From an uncultured delta proteobacterium (GTDB lineage: Bacteria; Myxococcota; UBA727; VGSZ01), in NCBI GenBank assembly GCA_963775425.1, contig CAVZJB010000004.1:192001-256000 (forward strand): a stretch of DNA of 64,000 bases. The letters are read 5' to 3'. Shown one piece after another: positions 39,889 through 48,738 of this stretch. The notes beneath the pieces were generated by a model, which did not search any database, was not told the DNA's origin, and saw nothing but the letters and a program-made list of their open reading frames with translations. Position numbers and translations under genes: made by a program. The first letter of the stretch is position 1, and every line of letters starts with the position of its first letter.

Positions 39889-40293
39889 TCAGCCCTCGGA
39901 CGATTCCGCCGGCGCCTGCTGCTGCTGCTGCTGCTGCTGGACGACGTTGCCGAAGTCCTGGTGCGCCTTGATGCGGGCCTTCTTGCCCTTGAGGCTGCGC
40001 AGGTAGAAGAGCTTGGCGCGCTTGACGCGGCCGCGCTGAACGACGTCGACCTTGTCGATCTGCGGCGAGCTCATCGGGAAGATGCGCTCGACGCCCTGGC
40101 CGAAGCTCATCTTGCGCACCGTCATGGTGGCCCGGTTCCCACCACGGTGGCGGGCGATGCAGACGCCTTCGAAGGCCTGCACGCGGACCTTGTCGCCCTC
40201 GAGGATCTTGAAGTGGACGCGGACCGTGTCCCCGGGTCGGAACGCGGGGAGGTTGCGGATGAAGGACTTCTCGATGTCGCCGATGATCGTCAT
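39889..40293 (-). CDS. rplS: 50S ribosomal protein L19
   Basis: [41 protein letters not shown]; Q8 tail. Confidence 0.97.
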   Translation of the reverse strand: MTIIGDIEKSFIRNLPAFRPGDTVRVHFKILEGDKVRVQAFEGVCIARHRGGNRATMTVRKMSFGQGVERIFPMSSPQIDKVDVVQRGRVKRAKLFYLRSLKGKKARIKAHQDFGNVVQQQQQQQQAPAESSEG

Positions 40294-40369
40294 AAGGACG
40301 GGCAGACAAGCATGCTTGACAGTCGTCGGCAAGAGGCTACAACCGCGTGATCCCCGAGAAAGACACGGC

Positions 40370-41281
40370 ATGATCTTCAACAGCAAACAGCTGGAAGAGC
40401 TCGAGAACATCCACGACTCGACGGGCGCCTTCGAGGAAGAGGGCGACGAAGAGGCGGGCTTCGACGAGGTCGGCGAAGCGGCGATGGACTGGCGCCGGAG
40501 CCTCATCGAGGAGGCCGCCGAGAACATCAAGCGCGCCAAGACCCGCCCCGTCGAGCCGCACATCCAGTACAACATCGGCTCCATGCTGTTCGACCGGGAC
40601 GCCCGCCGCTTCGCGCGGGTGCAGCGCTCGGTCCCGGGCTACCTCAAGATCGCCTATCTCTCCGGCGGTGACCGCGAATTCGGCGCCCTGGACGTCACCG
40701 GCTACCTGCGGGATCAGGGCGCCCAAAAGCGCCTCTCGGAGCTCGCCGAGCAGCTCGGCATGCCCGACGCCGACGTGGGCCACGAGCTCGAGCGGCTCGG
40801 CATCACGCCGCTCGAGGAGCCCGAGGCCGAGGCCACGCCCGCCGACGCCGCCGACGCCGCGCCCGCGCGCGGCCAGAAGAAGGGCGCCCCCGCCCCCGCC
40901 GACAACGGCGCGAACGGCGTCCACAAGGCCGTCAACGGCAAGCAAGCGCGCGTCGCGCAGAAGGCGCAAAAGGCGGCCCCGCCGCCCGCCAAGGCCGCCC
41001 GCCCGGCCGCCCCCGCGGCTGCCCCCGCCGGCCGCAAGGCCGCCGAGACCCAAAAGCCGCAGAAGGCGCCGCAGAAAGCCCAAAAGCCGGCGGCCAAGCC
41101 CGCCGCGGGCGCGCGCCCCTCGGGCAAGGGCGTCAACCCCATCGACGACCCCAACGGCTACATCAAGGCCAACTTCCAGCAGATGTCCAACCGGGAGCTG
41201 GCGCGCCTCACGGGGCTGTCGGAGCACACCATCCGCCGCAAGCTCGGGGAGTGGGGCCTGAAGCGCAAGAAAGAGGTCTGA
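40370..41281 (+). CDS. Putative DNA-binding protein: acidic N-terminus, internal HTH-like segment, K/A/P-rich linker, C-terminal HTH
   Basis: [24 protein letters not shown]; histone-like QKAPQK linker; typical codon usage. Confidence 0.7.
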   Translation: MIFNSKQLEELENIHDSTGAFEEEGDEEAGFDEVGEAAMDWRRSLIEEAAENIKRAKTRPVEPHIQYNIGSMLFDRDARRFARVQRSVPGYLKIAYLSGGDREFGALDVTGYLRDQGAQKRLSELAEQLGMPDADVGHELERLGITPLEEPEAEATPADAADAAPARGQKKGAPAPADNGANGVHKAVNGKQARVAQKAQKAAPPPAKAARPAAPAAAPAGRKAAETQKPQKAPQKAQKPAAKPAAGARPSGKGVNPIDDPNGYIKANFQQMSNRELARLTGLSEHTIRRKLGEWGLKRKKEV

Positions 41282-41317
41282 AAGGCTGACGAAGAATAAG
41301 GCTCGCCGCGCGGAGTA

Positions 41318-41522
41318 CGTGGCGAGGCACGTCGGCGCGCAAGAACCGCTGCAACACCGACGTGCCTCGATGCGACGTCGGCGCGGACTTCAGGCGGTGA
41401 GCTTCGCGAAGGCGAGACAACGTCGCCACCGCCGGAGCGGAAAGGAGCGGAGAGCTCTGCGCCCCGGCGCTCAACTCGGCGCGCGTCTTCGTCGCCGAGC
41501 TCGGAGCTCCTTCCGCTCCGCC
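41318..41522. other. Highly structured intergenic element (candidate ncRNA or MITE-like)
   Basis: 13 bp perfect stem 41323-41335/41357-41369; long stem 41433-41448/41506-41520 with inner stem 41475-41481/41493-41499. Confidence 0.45.
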
Positions 41523-41628
41523 GTGTGGCCGTAGCACCGTCCCCTTCCAGGTGGCTCGGATCAACGGTCCATCGGGCCAGCCCTCGTCGCCACTCGCGGC
41601 GCAGCCTCTGAGCGGTAGCATCGCGCGC

Positions 41629-42180
41629 ATGAGACACGCGACCACCGCCGCCTTCCTCTTCGCGGGGCTGATCCTGGCGGGCGCCTGCGCGCCCACCCGC
41701 CAGTCCTGGGACAACACCTTCACCGGCGACGGCGAGGACGCGTTCATCCTCGACGACGACTTCGTCTGTCTCGGCGACGACAGCTACCAGAAGGTCGGCG
41801 AGGTGCGCGTCAAGAACGTGCTCGGCCACGAAGACGAGGCGGTCGCGGTCGCGCAGAACAAGACCAAGGGGGACGCATACCCCGTCGGCACCGTCATCCA
41901 GCTCTTCCCGTTCGAGGCCAGCGTCAAGCGCGGCGCGGGCTTCTCCAAGGAGACCCACGACTGGGAGTTCCTCACGCTCAACGTCGACAGCGGGGAGACC
42001 GTCATCACCGCCCGCGGCACCACCGACGTCAGCAACCTCGGCGGCACGTGCTTGAGCTGCCACGGCCAGGCCACGGACTTCGACCTCGCCTGCTTCAGCA
42101 ACGACGAGTGCCCCGCGCTGCCGTTCTTCATCGACACCCACGTCGACCCGAGCACCGACGACGCGCGCTGCAAGAGCTAA
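41629..42180 (+). CDS. Monoheme c-type cytochrome lipoprotein, cytochrome P460/c'-beta-like
   Basis: Lipobox LAGAC; YPVGTVI..VKR..DWEF; C-terminal CLSCH heme motif. Confidence 0.7.
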   Translation: MRHATTAAFLFAGLILAGACAPTRQSWDNTFTGDGEDAFILDDDFVCLGDDSYQKVGEVRVKNVLGHEDEAVAVAQNKTKGDAYPVGTVIQLFPFEASVKRGAGFSKETHDWEFLTLNVDSGETVITARGTTDVSNLGGTCLSCHGQATDFDLACFSNDECPALPFFIDTHVDPSTDDARCKS

Positions 42181-42533
42181 CCGGCGTCGCTCGCGTCGCC
42201 CCGCCCGCGCGCCTCGTCGACCACGTGCCGCACCGCGCGCTCGGCGCCGCGGGCGTCGGCGACGCCGATGAACCCGACGCGGACCGGCCGATGAGGATGA
42301 AGGGGACCCCGACGAGGCCGAACGCGCCGCCGACGACGCCATGACGGTCCAGAAGATCGCGAACGCGGTCCAGGGGATGGCGAACAGCAGCACCGGCAGC
42401 GCCTGCAGGGCGACCTTGGCCGGGAGCGGCTGCGCCGCCCATGTCACCCGCTCGAAGGGCTCGAGCTCGCGGGCGAGGAAGTCGCGAGCGCGTCATGGGC
42501 GGGGGACGCCGATGTCGAGGGGAGGGGCGGCAT
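42177..42533 (-). pseudogene. Disrupted membrane protein gene fragment
   Basis: ELEPFERVTWAAQP..FAIPWTAFAIFWT in one frame and FGLVGVPFILIG in another; in-frame stop at 42493. Confidence 0.5.
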
Positions 42534-42560
42534 GGCCAAGGATAACGCCGCGCCCGCCGG

Positions 42561-43985
42561 TCAGGGGCAGGACAGCTCGAGCGTCTCGTCCTCGTGAAAG
42601 AACTCCACCTCTTCCCAGAGGCAATCGAGGTCGCCGTCCCAGCGCTCCCGGTACAGGCGCAACAGGCGCTCGGCGAAGGTCTCGCCCGCCTCGACGCTGT
42701 CGAAGAGCGTGCGCAGGTAGCGCGACTCGTCGGCGCCCTCCTCGTCCTTCGCGCCGATGCGGACGAGGCCGTCTCGCGCGATCTCGACGAGCCGGGCGCA
42801 GCGCTCGAGGATCTCCTCGCCGCGGTACTTCGCGCGGTAGCCGTGGACCGCGACGTCGGCGCGCAACATGAACAGCTCTTCGGAGGTGGGCTCGTCCATC
42901 AACGCCCACGTCTCTTCGCGCGCGGTGACGTCGTACAGGAAGCCCTTGTGCAGCGCGGGCAGCGCGCAGATGCGGCTCCACGGCCCGCAGTCGGCGGAGC
43001 GGACCTCGAGGACACGCTTGGCGCGCACCTCGGGGAAGACCGTGGTGAGGTGATCGGTGAAGTCACGCGACGTGGCGCGCACGCGCTCTCCGCCGAGCAA
43101 CAGGCCGTCCTCCATGAACGCGCGGAAGCTCGCGCCTGCGACGTCGTGGTGTACGCCGCCGCGACGCACGAAGTACATCGGGACGTCGAGCACCCAGTCG
43201 AGGTAGCGCTCGTAGGAGAAGTCGCGCGCCAGCACGCACGGGGGAAAGCCCGAGCGCTGCGGATCGGTGTCCGCCCACACCCGCGTGCGCTCCGACAGCG
43301 CGCCGGACGGCTCGCCCTCGACGAACGGGCTGTTGGCGAACAGGGCGGCCACCAGCGGCGCCACCGCGAGCGCCGCCTGGTACGACAGCACCATGTCGCG
43401 CTCGTCGCTCCAGTCGTAGTTGGCCTGCACCGTGGCGGTGCGCTTCATCATGTCGAGGCCGCGCGCGCCGACCTTGGGCATGTAGCGGACCATGACGCCG
43501 TAGCGGCTCTTGGGGACGAGGGGCATCTCGTCCCACGTCGCCGTCGGGTGGAACCCCATGCCGATGAAGCCCACGCCGCGCGGGATGCAGATGTGGCGGA
43601 GGAGCTGGAGGTGCTCGCCGACCTCGAGGCAGGTCTGGTGGATGGTCTCGACGGGCGCGCCGGACAGCTCGAGCTGTCCGCCGGGCTCGAGCGTGATGGA
43701 CGCGCCGTCGGTGTGGAACAGCGCGATGGTGCGGCCGTTGTCGGTGGCGCGCACCCAGGCGAGATCCTCGGTGGCGATGGTCTCGAGGATCCGCTCGATG
43801 CCGTTTTTGCCGTCGAAGGGCAGCGGGAGGTGGCTGCCGCGGAGAAAGCCGAACTTCTCGTGTTCCGTTCCCACGCGGAACCGCGCTCGCGGCTTCTCCG
43901 CCTCGACGAAAGTGGCGACGAGCTCGTCCCGCGAGCGCAGCGGCTCGCCGGGATCGTCGCGGTCGGTCGGGAGGGGCGTGCTCAT
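42561..43985 (-). CDS. gshA: Glutamate-cysteine ligase (plant/alphaproteobacterial type)
   Basis: RVGTEHEKF, ITLEPGGQLELSG, ALFANSPF, HLTTVFPEVR, LEVRSAD. Confidence 0.93.
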   Translation of the reverse strand: MSTPLPTDRDDPGEPLRSRDELVATFVEAEKPRARFRVGTEHEKFGFLRGSHLPLPFDGKNGIERILETIATEDLAWVRATDNGRTIALFHTDGASITLEPGGQLELSGAPVETIHQTCLEVGEHLQLLRHICIPRGVGFIGMGFHPTATWDEMPLVPKSRYGVMVRYMPKVGARGLDMMKRTATVQANYDWSDERDMVLSYQAALAVAPLVAALFANSPFVEGEPSGALSERTRVWADTDPQRSGFPPCVLARDFSYERYLDWVLDVPMYFVRRGGVHHDVAGASFRAFMEDGLLLGGERVRATSRDFTDHLTTVFPEVRAKRVLEVRSADCGPWSRICALPALHKGFLYDVTAREETWALMDEPTSEELFMLRADVAVHGYRAKYRGEEILERCARLVEIARDGLVRIGAKDEEGADESRYLRTLFDSVEAGETFAERLLRLYRERWDGDLDCLWEEVEFFHEDETLELSCP

Positions 43986-44013
43986 CCGGGGGATCGATGC
44001 TAACGGTCTACTG

Positions 44014-44820
44014 ATGCGCGACGTCGGTGGCGGTTTCGTTCTCGGGCGCTTTTGGTCCGGCGCGTCGTTCGCAGCAAGCGGAATTCGGCTGACCCTCCGG
44101 CACCGCAAGCTGCTCGTCTGGTCGATCGTCCCCATGATCGTGCAGGCGTTGATCTTCGCCGCCCTCGTCGCGTTCGGGCTGTATTTCGCCGGCGACCTCG
44201 TCGATCGCTTCCGCCCGGACGCCGGCCACTGGTACAGCTTCATCGGCAGCGTGCTCTACGTCGCCGCCGTCGTCCTGGTCGTCATCGGCGCCGTGGTGGG
44301 CTCGCTCTTCCTCGGCGGGGCCGTCTGCGATCCGTTCTACGACGCGCTCTCCGAGGCCACCGAGGCCATCCTCCTCGGACGTGAGGTGTCGTCGCCGTTT
44401 TCGGTCCCCGGCGTGGTGCGGGGCATCCTGCGCGAGCTGGTCGCGCTCGTGTGGATGCTCGCGGCGTACGCGGCGGTGGCCCTCCCACTGTGGCTGTTGT
44501 CCCTCACCGGCGTCGGCTCCGTGGTCACCGTCCCGCTGTCGCTCATGTGGACCTGGATGTTCGTCGCCTACGCCGGGCTTCAGCGAGCGATGGCCCGCCA
44601 CGCCGTCCCCGGCGCGGGCCGGCTCGGCGCCGTCTTCGGCGTGCGCTCCCTGTCGCTCGGGTTCGGCGCCGTCGGCTGGTTGATGTCGCACGTGCCCTTG
44701 ACGTATCCCTTCCTCGTCGTCGGCGGCACGCGCCTGTATCTCGCGCTGGCGGCGTACGATCGCGTACAGAGCACCCTCACCGACGCCGACAAGCGAGCCC
44801 TATGCGCCACCTCTTCGTGA
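44014..44820 (+). CDS. EI24/CysZ family membrane protein
   Basis: Several TM helices; PFYDALSEATE motif. Confidence 0.8.
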   Translation: MRDVGGGFVLGRFWSGASFAASGIRLTLRHRKLLVWSIVPMIVQALIFAALVAFGLYFAGDLVDRFRPDAGHWYSFIGSVLYVAAVVLVVIGAVVGSLFLGGAVCDPFYDALSEATEAILLGREVSSPFSVPGVVRGILRELVALVWMLAAYAAVALPLWLLSLTGVGSVVTVPLSLMWTWMFVAYAGLQRAMARHAVPGAGRLGAVFGVRSLSLGFGAVGWLMSHVPLTYPFLVVGGTRLYLALAAYDRVQSTLTDADKRALCATSS

Positions 44821-45770
44821 TGGACCCGCTCGACGCCGTGCACCCCGACAAGGACACGACGTTCGCCTTCCTCCTCGAAAACCAGTCCCGCGGCACCGAG
44901 AACCTCGTCTGCGGCGTCACCGATCTGCGGGCCGAGGGCGGCCGCGGCTTCGCGCGGGCGCTGCCGGTGACGGTGCGCCGCCCCACCGCCGACGACCCGC
45001 GCTTCTACGACGCCGGCCCCGCCGTCGACGTCGCGTTCGGCGACGTCGACGTCATCTGGATGCGGAAGGACCCCCCGGTCGACGACGTGTACCTGTACGC
45101 GTGCATGCTGCTCGACCTCGCCCCCTGCCTCGTCGTCAACGACCCGCGCGGGCTGCGCGTGACGCACGAGAAGCTCTGGTCCCTGACGGCCGAGGAGGTG
45201 ACGCCCGCGCAGGTGGTCTCGTCGCGGCCCGACGACCTCGTCGACTTCGTCAAGCGCCGCGGCCGGGGCGTGCTCAAGCCGCTGCACATGATGGGCGGCA
45301 TGGGCGTGTTCGCGTTCGACAAGGACGACAAGAACCTGCGCTCCGCCGCCGACCTCCTCACCCTCGAGGGCACGCGGCCCGCGCTGGCGCAGGAGTACCT
45401 GCCGGAGGTGCGCCAGGGGGACAAGCGCGTGATCCTCATCGACGGCGAGCCCGTGGGCGCCGTGCTGCGCGTGCCCCGCGACGACGACAACCGCAGCAAC
45501 ATGCACGTGGGCGGCATCGCCAGGCGCGCCGACGTCGACGACGACGACAAGAGGATCGCGCGGCTGCTGGCGCCAGGCCTCGCCGAGCTCGGCATGATCT
45601 TCGTCGGCATCGACGTCATCGGCGGCAAGCTGACCGAGGTGAACGTCACGAGCCCGACGGGCGCGCAGGAGATCGACGCCCTGGACAACAGGACCGGCGC
45701 CGGCACCATCGCCGCGCTGGTCCTGGACGCCGTGGCCCGCCACGGGGCAAACCGGCTCGCCCGTCGATGA
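44802..45770 (+). CDS. gshB: Glutathione synthetase
   Basis: MDPL..KDTT, MRKDPP, EKL, KPL..MGG.G, GDKRV, RSNMHVGG, EVNVTSPTG. Confidence 0.95.
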   Translation: MRHLFVMDPLDAVHPDKDTTFAFLLENQSRGTENLVCGVTDLRAEGGRGFARALPVTVRRPTADDPRFYDAGPAVDVAFGDVDVIWMRKDPPVDDVYLYACMLLDLAPCLVVNDPRGLRVTHEKLWSLTAEEVTPAQVVSSRPDDLVDFVKRRGRGVLKPLHMMGGMGVFAFDKDDKNLRSAADLLTLEGTRPALAQEYLPEVRQGDKRVILIDGEPVGAVLRVPRDDDNRSNMHVGGIARRADVDDDDKRIARLLAPGLAELGMIFVGIDVIGGKLTEVNVTSPTGAQEIDALDNRTGAGTIAALVLDAVARHGANRLARR

Positions 45771-45792
45771 GCGGTGCGCTAGACCTGGGAAC

Positions 45793-46950
45793 ATGAGATC
45801 TCTCCTCCTCCTCGCCGGGTCCTCGCTCGTCGGCTGCCTCCTCGTGGGGGGCCTCGCGGTCACGGCCGGCTGCCCGAACGGCGTCGAAGGCGAGGGTGAG
45901 GGCGAAGGCGACGTCGGCGAGGGCGAAGGCGAGGGCGAAGGCGAAGGCGACGAGGGCGAAGGCGAAGGCGAAGGCGAAGGTGAAGGTGAGGGCGAAGGCG
46001 AAGGCGAGGGCGAGGGCCCCTGCGCGCCGACGCCCACCTGCGCCCTGGCGCCCACCTCGACGCTCACGCTGTCGGCCAGCGGCGCCGGCGAGCCCGCCGT
46101 GGCCGTCGACAACGGCGGGCCGCTCACGGTGGGGTCGAGCACCCGCGGCGACGTCGAGGCCGCCCTCGGCGCCGGCAGCCCCGACCCGCAAAACGCCTTT
46201 CGCGTCTCCTACTGCGCCGCGGGCGTCACGGTGCAGTACGTCGACGGCGACGGCAACTTCGACTCCGGCAGCGCCGCCGGCGCATCCAGCGACGTGCTCG
46301 CGCGGGTGCTGACGCTCCCCGGGGCGCTGTTCACGCCGCCTGCGGTCACCGCGGACGGGCAATACACCGTCGACGGCGGCCAGGTGCTGTTCGACTCCGG
46401 GAAGGGCGTCGAGCTGCTCGAGGACGGCGCCAACGTGGTCAAGAGCGTGGTGCTGTTCAAGCGCCAGCCCGGTGACAACTGGGGGCTGTCGATGACGCTC
46501 ACCCCCAACAACGAGCAGCTCGGCACGCTGGACGTCGGCAACAGCCGCTTCAGCGACGCCTCGAGCCTCCTCGGCAGCGACTTCGACGCGCAGGGCACCG
46601 CGCAGGTCTCCACCGGCATCGGCAACGTCACGGTGCAGGTGCGCATCTATGCGTCGCTCGGGCTGCGCCTGGCCGGCGTGTGCAGCGGCGGCTGCAGCGA
46701 GAACACCCGGGTGCAGAGCATCACCGTGTCGCCGCCCTTCCTCGGCACCGACGCCGGCCTCGGCCTCGGCACCGCCCACGCCGACATCGACAGCGCCCTC
46801 CAGCTCACCGGCGACGGCCCCGACGCCAACGGGGTCACCGTGTACGGCAGCACCAGCCTCGGCAGCTCGCCCCTGGGCGTCGTGTACGTGCAGGACGCAC
46901 AGTGCGCGGAGCGCGCGGCCGCGTACATCCTCGGGTACACCCCGCCGTGA
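45793..46950 (+). CDS. Lipoprotein with (GE)n tether and beta-rich domain of unknown function
   Basis: Lipobox TAGC followed by PNGVEGEGE..; Gly/Ser/Thr-rich mature domain. Confidence 0.8.
   Translation: MRSLLLLAGSSLVGCLLVGGLAVTAGCPNGVEGEGEGEGDVGEGEGEGEGEGDEGEGEGEGEGEGEGEGEGEGEGPCAPTPTCALAPTSTLTLSASGAGEPAVAVDNGGPLTVGSSTRGDVEAALGAGSPDPQNAFRVSYCAAGVTVQYVDGDGNFDSGSAAGASSDVLARVLTLPGALFTPPAVTADGQYTVDGGQVLFDSGKGVELLEDGANVVKSVVLFKRQPGDNWGLSMTLTPNNEQLGTLDVGNSRFSDASSLLGSDFDAQGTAQVSTGIGNVTVQVRIYASLGLRLAGVCSGGCSENTRVQSITVSPPFLGTDAGLGLGTAHADIDSALQLTGDGPDANGVTVYGSTSLGSSPLGVVYVQDAQCAERAAAYILGYTPP
45886..46017 (+). repeat. GARGGY repeat encoding an interrupted (EG)n tract of 44 aa
   Basis: Directly visible; two Asp-containing interruptions. 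Confidence 0.95.
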
Positions 46951-46981
46951 CGCTTCGCCCAAGCGTCGCAAAGGACGCCCG

Positions 46982-48175
46982 ATGATCGTCGAGGAGCTCG
47001 CCCGCACCGCGCTCGCGCTCGCGTCGCTTCTGTGCGTCGGCTGGGCCGTGGTGCTCGCGCGCGTGTGGCGCACCATCGGCGCCATGCGCCGGCTGCCGTC
47101 GACGCCGACGGGGAGCGACGCGGGCACGCGCCCCAAGGTCACCGCCGTCGTCGCCGCGCGCAACGAGGCGGCGAACATCGAGGAGTCCGTGCGCTCGCTG
47201 CTCGCGCAGGACGCCGTGGACATCGAGGTCATCGCCGTCGACGACAACTCCGAGGACGCCACCGGCGCCATCCTCAAGGGCGTCGCCGCCACGGATCCCC
47301 GGCTCGTGGTCGTCGAGGCCAACAAGATCCCGCAGGGCTGGGTGGCCAAGAACTACGCGCTCGAGATCGGCCAGGGCCGGGCCCACGGCGACTGGCTGCT
47401 GTTCACCGACGCCGACGTCATCCACGGGCCGCGCGCCGCCTTCAACGCCGTGGCCGCCATGGAGCGCGAGCGCCTCGACCACCTCGCGGTGCAGCCGCGC
47501 ATCGAGGCGGGCAGCATCGTCGAGGCGCTGGTCCTGCCGCTGTACGTGCTCCTGTGCCAGATCCGCTTCCTCGACCCGCGCGCGGCCCAGCCCGACAGCG
47601 GCATCGGCACCGGCATCGGCGCCTTCAACCTGGTGCGCGCCGACGCATATCGCCTGCGGGGCACGCACGCCCGCATCCGCGGCTCCGTGCTCGACGACCG
47701 CGCGCTCGGCCGCATGATGCGCGAGGACGGCGGCCGCGGCAGCGTGATGCGCGCCGTGGGCCAGGTGCGGATGCGGCCGTATCGCTCCCTCGGCGACCTC
47801 TACGTCGGCATTCGCAAGGGCGTGCTCTCGACGTTCCGCAACAGCGCCCTGCTGACCACGGTGATGGGGCTGGTGCTCCTGGTCGCCGCCGTCGCCCCCG
47901 CGCTGCTCGTCGTCACGGGGCTGCCGCTGTGGCTGTCGGGGACGGCCGCGTGGGTGATGCTGCCGGCCGCGCTCGCGGCGGTGCTGCCGCTCATCGGCCT
48001 GCTGAAGGCGCGCAGCATGGTGCGCTTCGAGCCGCTCGCCGCCCTGCTCTTCCCCTTCGGCGCCCTCGTCATCGCCGCCAGCGCCCTGCACGCCGCCATC
48101 GTCTTCGGCGCCCGCGGCACCGTCGAGTGGCGCGGCCGGCTGTACACGCGCCGCGACCTGCAGAACCTCGGTTAG
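46982..48175 (+). CDS. GT2 family glycosyltransferase (HpnB/CrtQ-like, membrane-bound)
   Basis: ARNE, VDDNSED, GWVAK, LFTDAD; N- and C-terminal TM helices. Confidence 0.88.
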   Translation: MIVEELARTALALASLLCVGWAVVLARVWRTIGAMRRLPSTPTGSDAGTRPKVTAVVAARNEAANIEESVRSLLAQDAVDIEVIAVDDNSEDATGAILKGVAATDPRLVVVEANKIPQGWVAKNYALEIGQGRAHGDWLLFTDADVIHGPRAAFNAVAAMERERLDHLAVQPRIEAGSIVEALVLPLYVLLCQIRFLDPRAAQPDSGIGTGIGAFNLVRADAYRLRGTHARIRGSVLDDRALGRMMREDGGRGSVMRAVGQVRMRPYRSLGDLYVGIRKGVLSTFRNSALLTTVMGLVLLVAAVAPALLVVTGLPLWLSGTAAWVMLPAALAAVLPLIGLLKARSMVRFEPLAALLFPFGALVIAASALHAAIVFGARGTVEWRGRLYTRRDLQNLG

Positions 48176-48201
48176 CCAGCGACCGCTGTGGTCTCGCGCC
48201 G

Positions 48202-48738
48202 TCAGGGGCACGGCGCGAAGACGACCTCGTCCTCGAGGGCCTGCAGGCACTGCGACGACGCGGCCTCGACGTCGTCCTGGGACGCGTCGGGGTCGTTGGC
48301 GCGGCGCTGCAGCTCCCGGGCGGGCGCGCAGCCGGGGGCGTCGACGCAGCGGTCGCCGGCGCCGCACACCTTGTCGACGAGGCTGTCGCAGTTGCCGAGC
48401 TCGCAGCGCGGGAAGCGCCGCGTGTCGGTGAGGGCCTCGGCGCACTGATCCGGTTGGAACTGTTGAAGGAGCGTCGCCGCTTCGCACCCCGGGCTCTGCC
48501 CGCAGGTCTCGCCGCAACACTGGGCGACCAGGTCGCCGCAGGGGTCGCCGACGGCGTCCACGGGCGCGCACTGCGGGCCCGCGTCGGGGCCCGCGTCGGG
48601 GCCCGCGTCGACGCAGACGACGCCGTCGCCGGGCCCGCCGTCGCTCCCGAAGCGTTCGCCGAGCGGCGTACAGCCGGCGACGGCCGCGGCCAGCGCCGTC
48701 AGCGCGAGGGCGAGGAGGCGGTTCAGGGCGCAGGACAC
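48202..48738 (-). CDS. Small Cys-rich lipoprotein with two tandem 6-Cys modules
   Basis: Lipobox VAGC; DAGP linker repeats; duplicated CxxLV..CG..C..PGC..C..AL.D..F..C. Confidence 0.7.
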   Translation of the reverse strand: MSCALNRLLALALTALAAAVAGCTPLGERFGSDGGPGDGVVCVDAGPDAGPDAGPQCAPVDAVGDPCGDLVAQCCGETCGQSPGCEAATLLQQFQPDQCAEALTDTRRFPRCELGNCDSLVDKVCGAGDRCVDAPGCAPARELQRRANDPDASQDDVEAASSQCLQALEDEVVFAPCP

